Source of the DNA: Oikopleura dioica
Taxonomy: Eukaryota; Animalia; Chordata
NCBI GenBank assembly: GCA_907165135.1
Contig: OU015567.1
Location: 10,292,001-10,356,000 of the forward strand
DNA: 64,000 nt
Reading direction: 5' to 3'
Part shown: positions 1 through 14,600 of the stretch, piece after piece
Layout: each line of letters begins with the position of its first letter
Position numbering within the stretch: position 1 is the first letter of the stretch
Notes under the pieces: model-generated
Database searches by the model: none
What the model was told of the DNA's origin: nothing
What the model saw: the letters and a program-made list of their open reading frames with translations, nothing else
Made by a program: the position numbers and the translations under genes

Positions 1-3000
1 ATAAAACTTGTCAATTTTAGCGGCAGTCATCGGCAGTAAACAGCGGTCAAAGGGGAAGTAGAAATCGATGGGGTTGACAATTTCGTTGGTGCCCGTTGCC
101 AGCAGCTGCCGCTCGTGAAACTGTAAGAAAAGGGACGTTATATTTATCGATAAAAATATGACGTTTTACCTGTTCTAGTATATGGTGGCAAAATGCCAGT
201 TGTGTTTCTTTCATGATGTCGCAGAATTTCAACGCGATCGAGGGAACACACGCTGCCAGGGGATTCATCTTCGAATACACAATTTCTGAGAAGAAGAATC
301 ACGAACAAGTCGTTATTTAGGGAATACCTGGAATTCCCAAGGATCGTATACAGTCATTTCCAAGCTCTTTATGCCTGAAAATGACGAGGTAAAAGAGTGC
401 CTGCGCCGTCGCGTAGTAAACTCCGAATTTCTCCGTTGAAAAATGCTGATCTTTCTCGGGAATAAGTCGCTGATGATCTTTGATGCAGAGAGTTGATAAA
501 ATCTTAACACAAGGTTTACTAGAAAGAAATTTACAGGGTATTTACCAAGGCTACATGGCGAAGAGTAGTATGAGAGACGAACTGAGCCCGAGCCAGAAAA
601 CTGGTAAGATAAGACAAGAGTGCAATCCTTCGTGATCGAGACTCGCTTTTATTCTTGATCCGCTGAACATTTGAATGAGAAGATGAATCTTTTACTGAGC
701 TAAACCTTCAACATCCACTCGCAGAAAGAAGTCGAAAAGGTGCCCTTCAAGCTCAGGAGATAAAAGTAGACATATTGTACTGTAGTTGTGTTGGGTTGAG
801 GAAGCAAGACCTTGCCAAATACAGTGACCATTTCACGAAGAAGGACCAGAACGTTGTTTTTCTGCCCAACTTCGTCATCTTTCATGGTGTTTTTTGAAAG
901 TTCTAGATAAATAGAAAGGAATTTCTTCTAGAAGTTTAGTATTCTATTATTATAGACATTTATCTAAGACATTTTAAAACTGAAAAAATCAGTATTTTGA
1001 GAGAGAGCACGAGGTATCCGTGGCTGACCTGAGGTCGAGGCGAGCACGAGTCAATTTCTTCATTGATTGTTTAGTTTTGCTGACATTTCATTGGTCGCCT
1101 ACTTGCGTCCAACAACTTTCAGGTGGCTTGCCAGAAACGTATTCAATCCTTAGAGAGAAGGAAAAACAAGGAGAGAGAAAATTAGGGCTCAGATTTTCAA
1201 AAGGGCGGCTTCCCGCGCAAAAAGAGATACTGTATATGCGCGGTATAATCAGCGGGTGAGCACAGTGACTGGAGCGCCACCGTGTGCGTGGGCAGAGCCC
1301 TCACTCTTCTCGTGAGTCAGAGAAAGAGAGAGGGTCTCGTTTTGGCTTCAAAAACATCAAAATAGCGCTGAGCAGCGGCGTAGTAGAGCAATTTCTTACT
1401 ACTACCTCCGTAGCAGAGAGCCCATTTAGAGACTTGCCGCACATCAAAGGTGATGATATCGACGAAAATGGGCAGGGGATCACGTGGGAACAGGGGAAAC
1501 ACCTTTCCTGATGCCACAGAGGTCTCGATAAACTGGAAAAAGCGGATCATTATTCGGTCGAAGGTGTCACGTGCACTCAAGAATTCCAATTGATCCTCGG
1601 TTAGCTCCTCAGACTCTAGAATCCAGGTTATCAGAAAGTAATCGGCACAACAAGTTGGATTGGTGGTTAAAGTCTTTCTTTAAAATGTTAGTTGATGAAT
1701 ACTACTTTCGTTTTTAATTTCATTTATGGTTTCTTGTGAAAGAAATAGTGATACTCTTTTAATCATCAGAAGTTGATAGTAGATATTTTAGTTACTACAA
1801 ACTTAACATAAAAATTTGCCTTGAGGGACTTTTGAATCTTCGGAAATAACCGAAAGTTTTTATTCTTGCCCTCGGCGACACAAGAAATTTCACCCGAATA
1901 GTGCTACACTTTTAAAGGATTTACCTTCTTGTGCGGCGAGATCGAGGTCGAAAAGGACATTCTTGGGCAGATGCTGATCGATTCGGCAAAAGTGCACCAA
2001 GATTGTCTCCAGGACAGGCGATCGGAGCGTTTTGTGACGTTCTGTTTCCGGTTCAAATTTAGTCCCCGTCGATTAGATAAAGAGAGGCGAAGAATAGACT
2101 ACTCATGGGTTCGCTATTTCAAACAACAAGGGCCGGTAGACTCGCCCCTTGTGTTCTCTTAGACGCGCCATCTTAACTTCCCTCTGACCACGGGAAAACA
2201 GGGCAGACAGATGACTTTCTTACGTGTTTCCTGTTTCTCACAGAAGTGAGATGCCGTAATTCCTCCCTGAGGCGCGTGGGATCGTAAACACAGAATATTT
2301 GAATACGAATTAGCATACGAAGTTTCATCGACTTTCCCGGCCGGTATTTCATCCCCGCCTAGCTATAAATAGAAGATTTCGAAAGTAATTACTTTGAGAA
2401 AGGAAGTGAAGGTGTTTTAGATTAGAAACGGGTCCTATGAGTTTGAATAAATTATCGATGTATTTCTCGTGAGCTGGCTCGGAGCCAAAGCCATTGGGAA
2501 ATCCTGAAGCAATCTGTGCCAGCAACTGGCCGCGCGCCAGTGGCACCTACCCGAGCGAGTTGAGCGACGAGTATTTTTGAAAAAAGAAAAGTAAGATGAT
2601 TGACTAAGAGATGTATGCTCAACTCGGTTCCTTTTCGAGAATCTCGTCCAGAATTTGCTGCACAGTCGAGAATTGTGTTTCCATTGTTTTTTCGTTTTCA
2701 TCTTCGGTTAGTTCATCCTTTGTTTCTGTAAATAGTTTAAAGAAAATGAATTTTAAAGAGTAATTCTCAATCGGATTAAAGTTTTTCGCGATAACCCGTT
2801 TGAGGCGGAGGGGGCAAGAAGGGGAAGAAATGGGGGACCAGCTTCTCACTCCTAAAGCTATTTTGTTGTTGGTTTTCGGCTCGCATCGGTAGAATTACTC
2901 TGCCCTAAAGCCTTAAGGGCACGCTTGCATCGAGTGAGATCGACCAGCTGGTCACCCCAGGGGCGTAGGCGGCGGATGTCGTTTGCTGGTGGTCTAATTA

Positions 3001-3977
3001 CCTCGCAGTAATTTAGGGATCATTTCATTTTCAATAGATTTTTCCGACTCGATCATACATTTTTCATTTCTTGTTTTGCTGCTGTATTGGCTCCGTCCGC
3101 TTTTTTACGTGTCTGGTAGACAGTCTGAGAGACCGAGGGAATGGACGTGGGTCACATACCGTACACAAAGCTTTTCACGCAGTGCTCGAGAATACTCGAC
3201 ACATGAACGTTATTCGCCGAAACAAGCGACAAGATCGTCTTTTTCCAGTTGACCAAGACTGTGGGATGGGAAGTCGCCCATTTTGAGTAAAGCAAAGACT
3301 TGATCAGCTTTTTATGCGCCGCGGTGAAGAGAGGGGCACTATCGCCAATCTAAAGAAATTTCTATCTTTTTTCCTTGATTTCAGCATTTCAAAACGATGA
3401 CTAGATACCCTCACCCCGTATCTGTTACTAAAGCCCTTTACGTAACTGCCTTTACGACTCTTTAGTCTAATTTATGGAATTTTTCCTTATTTGGATTCAT
3501 AAATTCTCCGGCAAATGATGACGAAACAACAGAAGAATTTATCGAAAAAACATGAGTCGCTTCCGTCTCAAGTTTACTATGTGACCTACAGATCAAAGCT
3601 ATTGAATGATTCTCTGGGCACAGGTAAACTTTGACGAGCGAACTCACGTTCGACGCTATAATCTGGAGGTTACTGCTTCCGCTTTCACATTAAAATCTCC
3701 GGAACTGTCTATAAAAGCTTGCTTTGCTTGTCCAGAGAATAAAATCATGTCTAAAAATGGCTCAGAGTCCAAAAATCGAAACATTTATAAACCCAGATTT
3801 AAACTGTTTTATATCTTGGAATACCTCGACGATAAACTTGTTGTATTTGATCATCGATGTCTCCTCGTCTTGAAGTTGTTCGATGATCGTGTCGAATGCG
3901 TCTGTCGAGCCATCTTCGAATTGTTTTATAACTTCCTGCATTGAGCCTCCAAAGCGAACAACCTTGTCCGATGGCAT
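1..3977 (-). CDS. RRN3: RNA polymerase I transcription initiation factor RRN3/TIF-IA (multi-exon; 3' end runs off the window)
   Basis: Exons translate in colinear order to RRN3-like motifs: MPSDKVVRFGGSMQEV (cf. human RKTVRFGGTVTEV); LVSANNVHV; YIDNLFKL; TLRSPVLETIL; VFGKVLLP..VQYVYFYLLS; YLTSFLARAQFV; YATAQALFYLVIFRHKEL; SKMNPL..QLAFC; NPIDFYFPFD. Confidence 0.93.
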
Positions 3978-4377
3978 TTTATCTACCAGATATCTAAGAG
4001 AATTTTCTTTTAGCCGCTAGAACAGACCATGCATCTTTGGAAAAGTCTTTTGCAAATCACCCTCAGAACCTCAGTAATCTTGCTCTCAATTTAGCACCAA
4101 ATCAACGAAAGTTTTTCATAATAACACATGTAATATTTCAAAAACAATATAAGAATCTTGAACTATCTAAGAGGTGGTGGACAGACACATGTTGTCAGAC
4201 TTGGTAAGTTATCTTTTTGTTTCATTTCTTTGTGAAATTAACCTAAACAGATAGAGGTCACTTGCTGGTCTTGTTTCTGGTTGGTATTGGATGGTGAAAT
4301 AAAGTGAAAATTCTAGTTGTGGCGATAGACAGGAAGATAGATACTGGAAAAATGACAGTGAATTAAATCTTTTCAAT

Positions 4378-6303
4378 CTACATGCATCGGTCGGGAGCTC
4401 GTTGACGCGGCGCCGACTTTAAGATGTCGTCAACTCGCATGATCATTTCAGCGCCTTCGTGGCCAGAAAGGAGCACTTGTCGCTTCACTTTGAAGCTCTC
4501 TGTCACTTTAAGATCGTCCATTGACGCAACACAGCCTGATTAACAATTAAAAAGCGTTATTTTTGAAAGAGTTACCGTTGTAAAGATCCAATCCAGCATG
4601 TTTGTTGCCCTTGGCGTGCTCTGCTCGAAGTTTGGCGATCAAATCCGCGGAGTCTTAAGTGTACATTAATACTTATTATTTTGAAATGATCATACCTAAA
4701 CCAGCGTTGTCAGCCATAATAGTAGGAAGTTGTCTGAGAGCATTAGCAAAGCTCTGAATAGCGTGCTGCTCTTTGCCTTCGGACTCCTCGACTAGGACCT
4801 GGACGGCCTGGGCCATCAAGGCCTCGGAGCATCCGCCGCCATAAACGGTTCTAGTCTCCTTTATAGTTGAATACAAAACGCAGAGTACGTCATGGATAGC
4901 TCGCTCGGCTTCGTCAAGAATCTATGTTAAAATATATATTTTACAGTTTTCTTTCTTTTATCGCACCTGTTCAGTAGCTCCACGGAGAACAAGTGAGCAA
5001 GCCTGTCCCTGGCTGACACCGGAGAATCTAAGAAGCTTGTCCTCGCCGATCATGACTTCTTCAATAAGGTCACACTTTCCGATTTTGACGTTTTCAGCAT
5101 TATCAAAGGTGGAGACAATTTCACCGCCAAGGACGAGAGCGAGTCGTTCAATGCCTTCAAAGTCGGCGTGTTCAATCGCCATGACTTTGTTGTCCGCAAA
5201 GAGCTGCTCGGGGTAGTTGTAGATAAGCTGTCTGAAAGTTACTTTGAGCTTTGGAAACGGGATATTGGATTACCTGTTGATGAAAACATTCATGTCGTAT
5301 TTACAGATTTTCTCGACCTTCTCTTTCATCTTTTCTTTTTCAGCAGCTTCGATCTCAGCAAGTGACTTGATATCATTAGTTCGAACACGGGAGCCAAAGA
5401 CCTTGATCTTGTCAGTGTCCATAGCAGTGTTGGCGAGGAGGACTCGTGCGTTTTCAACCCGTCGGGGCTGATTCTGTCCAGGGGTCTTGTCCAAAAGGAA
5501 ACCTTCGTCGAGGAAGGATGACTCGAGCGAAGCACCGAGCTTCTTGATGATTTGGATGGACTCAAGAGTAGACTTGGGATCGTCTAAAAGAATGATAAAA
5601 ATCTAGACTTTTTTACGATAAGAAATTACCTCTAATCTTGAGAATGGCATCGACGCAAATTTTTGCGAAGAAGTCCTTGTGTTGAGTGAGCAACTTAGAG
5701 CTCAGCGTAGTTCGGGCGATGTTAAAGAGATCTTCCTTGAACTGTTCGGGATCGGCTTGATTGTCAACAGCGGATTCATTCAGAGCTTCACGGGCAACAG
5801 CTACGGCCTTTTTCCAGCCTCGGATGATTGTGTGAGGGTGGATCTTGAGTTCGACGAGTCTTTCAGCTTCTCGGAGGAGCTCGGAAGCGAACACAGTGAC
5901 AGAAGTGGTTCCATCGCCGACTTCATCGTCCTGGACCTTGGACAGCTCGCAAAGAATCTTGGCGGCGGGGTTGTCGACTCCGCATGATCGGAGAATGGTG
6001 GCACCGTCATTGGTAACCTGGACACTAGAGGAGAAATTGGTTAGGTATGAATGAAATTCGTCTCTTACCTTGGCTCGCCATTTCCGTACTGGCCGGTTGG
6101 AGAATAGAGGATCTTATCCATTCCCCGGGGGCCGAGAGTAGACTTGACCAAGTCGCCGATAGCGATGGCACCTAAATTTTCCCATAAACCCTAGTTTTTT
6201 ATTCGCAAATCTTACCGACGAAGGAGCTCAATCGGGCGGTTTCGGCCTTTTCTTCTTCAGCGCCGTTTTGAAGGACTTGAATGGGGTTCATTGCCATCGC
6301 CAT
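4378..6303 (-). CDS. CCT2: T-complex protein 1 subunit beta (chaperonin CCT2), multi-exon
   Basis: [36 protein letters not shown]; [22 protein letters not shown]; VYGGGCSE; ends [24 protein letters not shown] introns. Confidence 0.97.
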
Positions 6304-7123
6304 TTTCGCAAAACTTTAATCTGACCTCCTTCTGAAAAAATCTGTTAAAAGCAAAATAGCTTCTAGAAAAAATGCACAAAAACAGCGAAGAATGGATCAT
6401 TGACTCTCTTGTTGCTGAAAATTCTTATAAGCTGATTAGTTACATCAGAGGTCATCATTGAAAGAAAATGAGAATGAACACAATGAACTTAAAGGAAACA
6501 GATGTAATGAAGAAAATTCAAAAGCAGTGAAGAGAAACAGAATCTTTTGAATTCCGATAAAAGAAATTAGACACAGAAGCGGTCAATTTCTACATAATTT
6601 AGATTTTGCATGTACAGATTCTTGAAAAGCCCAATTTATCTGACTAGCTATTTAGTTTTCGATGAGTTATAGACTATAACTTATAGTTCTTAGATAGCGA
6701 GTCCAGTCAGATTGAAACGGCTTTGGTGATTAGAGATCGTGATTAGCGGAAGAAAAAGCGTTATTACAGGTAATGCTGAAGGAGATATTGAGTTGGACAT
6801 AAATAAATGATTGGTTTGAATCATTTTAATCAGCCATATTCGGCATAAATGAATTAAGTGAAGCGTGCGAGTTTGTGTTGCCTGGGTCGAAATAAATGGA
6901 CTTTTAGCCCATTTTAACTGAAAGTGATTAACTGAATACAAGTTTAGGTTTGAATGCTTAGAATTTTGAAAGTCAGAAGTTAGGAAAAAATGTTGGAAGA
7001 TCAGTCAGAACGGAAAATAGAGGGAATACATAAGTATATGGTAGAATTAGAACATACAAAGTATTATAACAAAAAGAAAATTGACTATTAAAAAATCAAG
7101 GAAGAGACTCGAAGCTAATAAGT

Positions 7124-8522
<1,399 letters not shown>

Positions 8523-8681
8523 GTCTAAAAGTAATCGGGCTCTTGTCAGTGATAGTGGACATATTAAGAGTTTATAGAAGCACATGATAAGTTTTTAGCT
8601 TTCAGCAGATACAAACTCACACAAGTGTACAAAAACTGTGAAGGCTCGTTCATTTTAATAAAAATAGTATGAAAATGCAAG

Positions 8682-11600
8682 TCATTGCATTTCATTCCAC
8701 CTATTCATCGTCATTTTCTGAATCTTTTTCTTGTAATCTTGTCCATAGCGAGGCATTCTAGTTGCAACTTCGGCAGCACCTAATCCAGCGTTCTTATTTT
8801 CTCGTACTTCCTCGGCAGAAATAGGGTTGACAATGCCCTGTTGATTCTTTCCAAGACCAGTTCCAGTTTGCCATCCCATCTTTTGCAGTAGCTTGGAGCC
8901 TTTATTATCTGCGCCGATGCCGTGAACAGTTGGTTGTTCTGTCGGTTGGTCTTCTTCATCCCTCCTTAGCTCATACCCAGATAGCTCTAAGTAAAATTAG
9001 ATACAATTAAAATATGCTTTTTACGTTTGTTTCCGAATTTATTCCTCCTTTCACTGGCCCTATCTCTATAACTTCCAACAGAATGCCCCATCGCCATCAC
9101 AGCTTTGTACGCCTCTGTTTCCTCTTCTTCTTCTTCCTCTTCGTCTTGTAGCGGCGCTAATTTCTCTAAGTTTTCTTTGTGCATTTTTGATTTTTTGATA
9201 TGCTTCTCGAGCTGGTCGACTTTTGCAAAAGCTCTTCTACAGAGGAGACATTGATTTTCGGCCCAGTTGATATGCTCTTCTTGTCCTACAGTTCCTCTTT
9301 TCTCATGTTCTGTTGGCATTGCTGGTCCAGCTGTCGGACCAACTGGAGCTGGAGGTGGGGGCGCTGGAGCATCTTCAAACATGTCATCCATCTTCGGCTG
9401 CTTCGGCCTATCCTCTTCCTCCATATCAACAGCTTCATGCGACGTGCGCGATTTAGGTCCTCTATTAATCATTGGCGATGCATTGAAACTGACTCCGAAA
9501 CCCGCTGCGCTGAATTTGTTCGCATGCGCCTCTTTTTTGTTGCGCCTGATGGCATCCGCTTCCGCCTGGCTCATTGGTTTCGCCTTCGATTTCTTTTGTT
9601 GGCGCATCCAGGATTCCATCTGCTTTTGAACATCAGTCGCCTGTGACAATTTTTTCTTCTCTTTTTTCGAAAACGTTCCCGTTGTTGCTGTTTCAAAGGC
9701 TATGAAAATAGTTTCGGTTTTCCGAAAATCAGAGTATTTAAGCTTTCGGTTGTATCAGGGGTCTGGATTCGCCTAGCGAATTCGCTCATGAGCGAAGCGA
9801 AGCAGAGCGAAGCGAATTGGCTTCGCTTCGCTTTCGCTTTTGGTAATTTCAGTTCGCTTCGCTTCGCTTTCGCTTTTTACCAAAAATTTTCGCGAAAAAT
9901 TGCGCTCAACATAAATCGTTCTTAGAGTTGAATATTTTGTTTTTTTATTAGCTTTTGCGAAAGAAAAATTTTGCGAAAAATTTTGCTTATTGAACTAAGC
10001 TTGCACTTATAAGATTGCCAGAGATATCCGATTGCCAAACTCGGGGAAACGGCGACTTGGGCAGAGAGCGACGTAAATTAATTTATATTGATTAGTCATA
10101 AAAGTTTAATAATTGTCACACAGTCAATCCTGGCTTTACCAACTTTAATCCCGGCTTCAACAACCTCGATTCTGGCTTTTCAGACGTCATTTCTGGCCTC
10201 TCATACCGTCAGTCCCGGCTTCTCTGAAGTGTTCTAGTTTAGCTACAGTCCCTGAACTGTCAATCATAGAACCTATATTTAGCCCTCTCAAAGCCCCTTT
10301 ACCCGGAGTCAGTTGTTATTCCCGCTGACTCCCACTAACACCGTCAGCTGTACACAATTACTCCTCTCCGTTTTCTATTCTCAATAAACCAGTCAATATC
10401 TCCACGAGCTAGCGGCCGTTCGTGTTTGACTCCACGAGATTTAGTCCCAGTTCTCAGAACAATTCATCTCAGTTGTCAATCATGGTTTCTCTAAAATTGG
10501 ATTGACGTTGGAAAAGCCTAGGTTGAAATTGATGAAGCCGGGATGATTTCAAAAAACTTTTTGTTGGGCCGGAAATCGTAAAAAATCTGTAAGTGCAGTT
10601 TTCTTTAGCTCATCAAGACGAGTTGAATGATGGGTCTAACTGCTGATAACTCTAAGGATTTACCGGTTTACCGGCTGGTTACCGGAAATTACGTTGTCAC
10701 CCGCCGTTTTTGTTCTAGAAAGGGTAAACAGATGATCGACACAGGAAATTGTTCCTTATAGTCAGTTCTACTCTAGGCTCAAAAATGAGGCTCGTATCAA
10801 TACTCTGAAGAGAATTATCAGTAAAATACTAATTTTGGCAGAAATGGGACTTAAAATCAGGAACGTGCAGCAACAACAATATGTATGTAAAATTCACTGT
10901 TTTTACTGATAACTCTCTTCAGAGTATTGATACGAGCCTCATTTTTGAGCCTAGAGTATAACTGACTATAAGGAACAATTTCCTGTGTCGATCATCTGTT
11001 TACCCTTTCTAGAACAAAAACGGCGGGTGACAACGTAATTTCCGGTAACCAGCCGGTAAACCGGTAAATCCTTAGAGTTATCAGCAGTTAGACCCATCAT
11101 TCAACTCGTCTTGATGAGCTAAAGAAAACTGCACTTACAGATTTTTTACGATTTCCGGCCCAACAAAAAGTTTTTTGAAATCATCCCGGGATGGACGTTC
11201 GAGAAGTCGGGATGAACGTCCAATAACCCGGGATCGGCATTGCCAATGCCGCACTGGTAAAGCCATGATTGAAGTCGGTGAAGCCAGGATTGACGATAAA
11301 GAAACCGGAATTGAGGAAAGATAAGCCAAGATTGACATAATATCAATGATATTGGAGAAGACTTGATTGAAGTTGGTGAAGCCAATGTTTAGTGATCAAT
11401 GATCATTGATCAATCAATAAACGTTTATTCACATGGCAGTTTGCCCAAGATTTCGGTTTCCCAAGTTGGGTAAACGGCGATTTGGGCAAATGGAGATTAC
11501 TCGAGCCTCACATCCTCTTTAGCTGAGTTAGATCAGAAAATTCACAATTTCGCTCTTTCCGGAGAGGGAGTCCGAAATTCGGACTCCGAATGCCCGAAAA

Positions 11601-14600
11601 ACAAATAAAATTGAAACCGAACTTAAAATGGACACTTTTCAAAGGTCAAATATTTTCGGAAAATTTTCGCTTTTTTTCGCTTTTTAGAATAACTTTTCGC
11701 TTCGCTTCGCTTTCGCTTTCGAAATTTTGATTCGCTTCGCTTCGCTTTCGCTTTAAATTTTTGAAAAATTTTCGCTTTCGCTTCGCTTTCGCTTTTCATT
11801 TTTGGCCAAAATCCAGACCCCTGGTTGTATAAGAAAAACAGGTTTTTTTATTCTGCTGCAAAATGGTGGAGCACTTTTATTATAATTTTATTATTTATTA
11901 TTAATTTTAATTATTGATGCGATCAAGCCGTTCCTGGTTGATCCAAGCTCGTATCAATACTGATATGATCTACTGGAACAAATGTATCTTGTGTCGGATC
12001 CCAATTGAGATACTGTTGAGTATATTGGTTGTAAAATTGCATCTTCTTGACGCACCACATAAGCCCCGTTCTAGGATCGTAGTACATCTGGTGATTAGCC
12101 ATCCATTGAAACATCGAAAAATCTGGGTTTTGGTACTTTCTATATCGACCAGAAGGATCTCTTTGTGGCGGGATTTGATCTGGGGGGATCGGAGGGATCA
12201 TGCCAAGGGGCGGAGCTTTGAGACCTATTTCAGCAGGGAGCTTCGGATATAAATGAGGGGTTTGATGAGGAGCGATTCCTTGCTGATTTGCTGTCTGTTT
12301 GAGCAGAGCCGCCGCACCTCCAACTAGCTAGAAATAATAGATTAATATCAAATGTATTCAGTTCCGCTCTACCTGATTCGGATCATTCCAAGAGGTCTTA
12401 ATTGCCGTCGCCGCTGCGATAGCATCGTTCGCCGCTTGTTGCTTGAGATCTTGGGTCTTTCCGGGAAGGCCATTGGCATAGTCGAGGATGACTACTCTGT
12501 CGTCGATTTTGAATTTAGGCGTAGCATTTTGCAAATACTCTAGCACTTGTTTACAGTCATCAACTGAGCCCCAGGAAATAAATGAAAATCCTCGAGAGTT
12601 CCCCGTCTATAATAATTCATTTCATTGATCATGGATACGAAATCGATAAAATTTGCGCACACTTGCCCCGTAAATATTTTATCCGTGGAAAAGTACTCAC
12701 GAATTTGTCCTTTGCCAGGCGAATATCGAGTATCGGCTTTTTGGTAATGTACTGAAAGGCGGCGCGAATCGATTCTTCTGTTGATTCCAAGTCCAGGTTT
12801 CGGACGATCATCGTATCGGTCGGTTCTGTTGGAAAGTTTTTGTTGTGGTTGTGATTTCCATAGCTGTGTCCAGAGTGGTAATTTGGTTCTTAAGATTATT
12901 TATATTTGATTGAATTATTGCCCAATGTTTAAACCTTGAGGAGCTTTGATATTAGACGTATCTGCATATTCGACGTAGACGGATTGGTCGCCAACCATAA
13001 GATGACCCTGAAAAGGTTATATTAGTGAGTCATGGAACTTGTGCGATTTCTCGCGCAACGATTGTGTATTGTTTATCTGATTCTCGGCTGATTTCACCTT
13101 GCACTCGTCGACGAGGTACGTGGCATCGCTCACACGTCCCAGTTCAATATAACCCAAGCCACTCCAGTCACCTGTAATCAAATAATACAGTGACTGTCAA
13201 ACACATTTAAATTAAATTCTACGGACGAAAATCTTTCAGAGTTCACATTTAAAATGCGGTCTCAATATTTACCGTTTGAAGCTGCGCAGTTAGCTTACCT
13301 ACTCGTTTTTTATAAAGCTCTCAGATATTCTATGATTCATTTAACGCTCGTACCTGACATTTGACAGCTTCGAACCCCTATGTCCATCGCTTCTATAGCA
13401 CCTCGTATCTAGATTATTTATTAATTGCGAGTTTCTGCTCGAATTTATTTGGTCTTGCTTTGAGAATATCCAAGTAAATAAAGTTTTTTTCCGCTCGAGA
13501 ATTTCTCGTCAAAACATCACTAAGTTTCGCGTGAAAAAGTAAAAGTAATGAAAACTTACTCTGTCTGCTGTAAGCCATTCTGGAACATTGGAAACTTTCA
13601 AAGTAGCAGAAGGCGCGTGATAGCCATACGAGTCGTCATATTGCTGCTCGGGCCATTTACTTTGCTGGCCCCCGTATGAAGTACCGTAGTTGGCTTCTTG
13701 GCCGCCTCGCTGGTAACTGCTGTACGCGCGGCTGTTGTAAGAGTCCTGCTCTTGGCTGTAGCTGTCGTGTCGGTTTCTGTGGCCGCCTCCTCGGTGAGTA
13801 TCTCGTCGCGGGCTGCGGCTACGGTCGCGGCGCTAAAGGAACAATTAACTACACGCTGTCAGTATCAGAAAAGGTTACTGATAAAATCAATCACTTTTGT
13901 AGGGCGACTTGATTAAGATTTTTGATTTATAACTACTTATTATACGAGAGGTATATAAAATGCGGAATTGGAAAGCAAAAATGGAAGCTCGAGACATAGA
14001 CACAGAATTTTGTTTTTATAAATTCCTAAGAGTTCTTTTATATGGCTCATTTCTCCCTAACAGGGGGACATTTAGATCTAGGGTGAGGGTGTCTTTAAAA
14101 TAGCTTGATAATCAATAAAAAATTATTTTAGGCCACCGAATTCAGCTACACGCAGTTTTCATATACGCCAAAATAGCCTTAGATACGGCTCTAGGAGGAA
14201 ACTACAGGTATCAATAATGTATTTAAACCACAAAAGGGTTCAAAATCGCTTTAGAGAAGCAAATCTGTCGATGAAGATAAAGCTCATCAGCGAAGAAAAG
14301 CGTTCAAAAAGGCTGTCACTTTACCAGAAGGACCACAGATATTTATAGGAAAAAGTCATCACGGCCAAAAGAGACCTTTGCATTGATGATTCAAGACTTT
14401 TTGCATAAATTGACTTGAAAGAGGAATCATCGAAAAAAGATCTACAAGAACTCAAAATTCAAACGTAAATCTCTCTTATCGTAACTAAAAAATAATCATG
14501 AAACGTAGCTCATTGATGAGTAAAGCTCAGGATACGAAGGTGATCTCGCAGAAGCTACGCACACACCCAAAACTACTGGCCTACGTCCATAATAAATTAT

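Larger units (their letters stand above)
9756..11823. mobile_element. Composite non-autonomous DNA transposon with hAT-like termini, inside an RBM5/10 intron
   Basis: 14-bp TIR CAGGGGTCTGGATT / AATCCAGACCCCTG; 7-bp direct repeat GTTGTAT at 9749-9755 and 11824-11830; subterminal (TTCGC)n arrays at both ends; no transposase ORF. Confidence 0.85.

Noticed and set aside
5168-6054. Multiple plus-strand ORFs over CCT2 (and similar ones over other genes)
   Set aside because: Antisense or alternative-frame shadows of well-supported minus-strand exons.
6690-6941. 83-aa minus-strand ORF downstream of MAPK
   Set aside because: No motif and AT-rich; most likely UTR or intergenic sequence.
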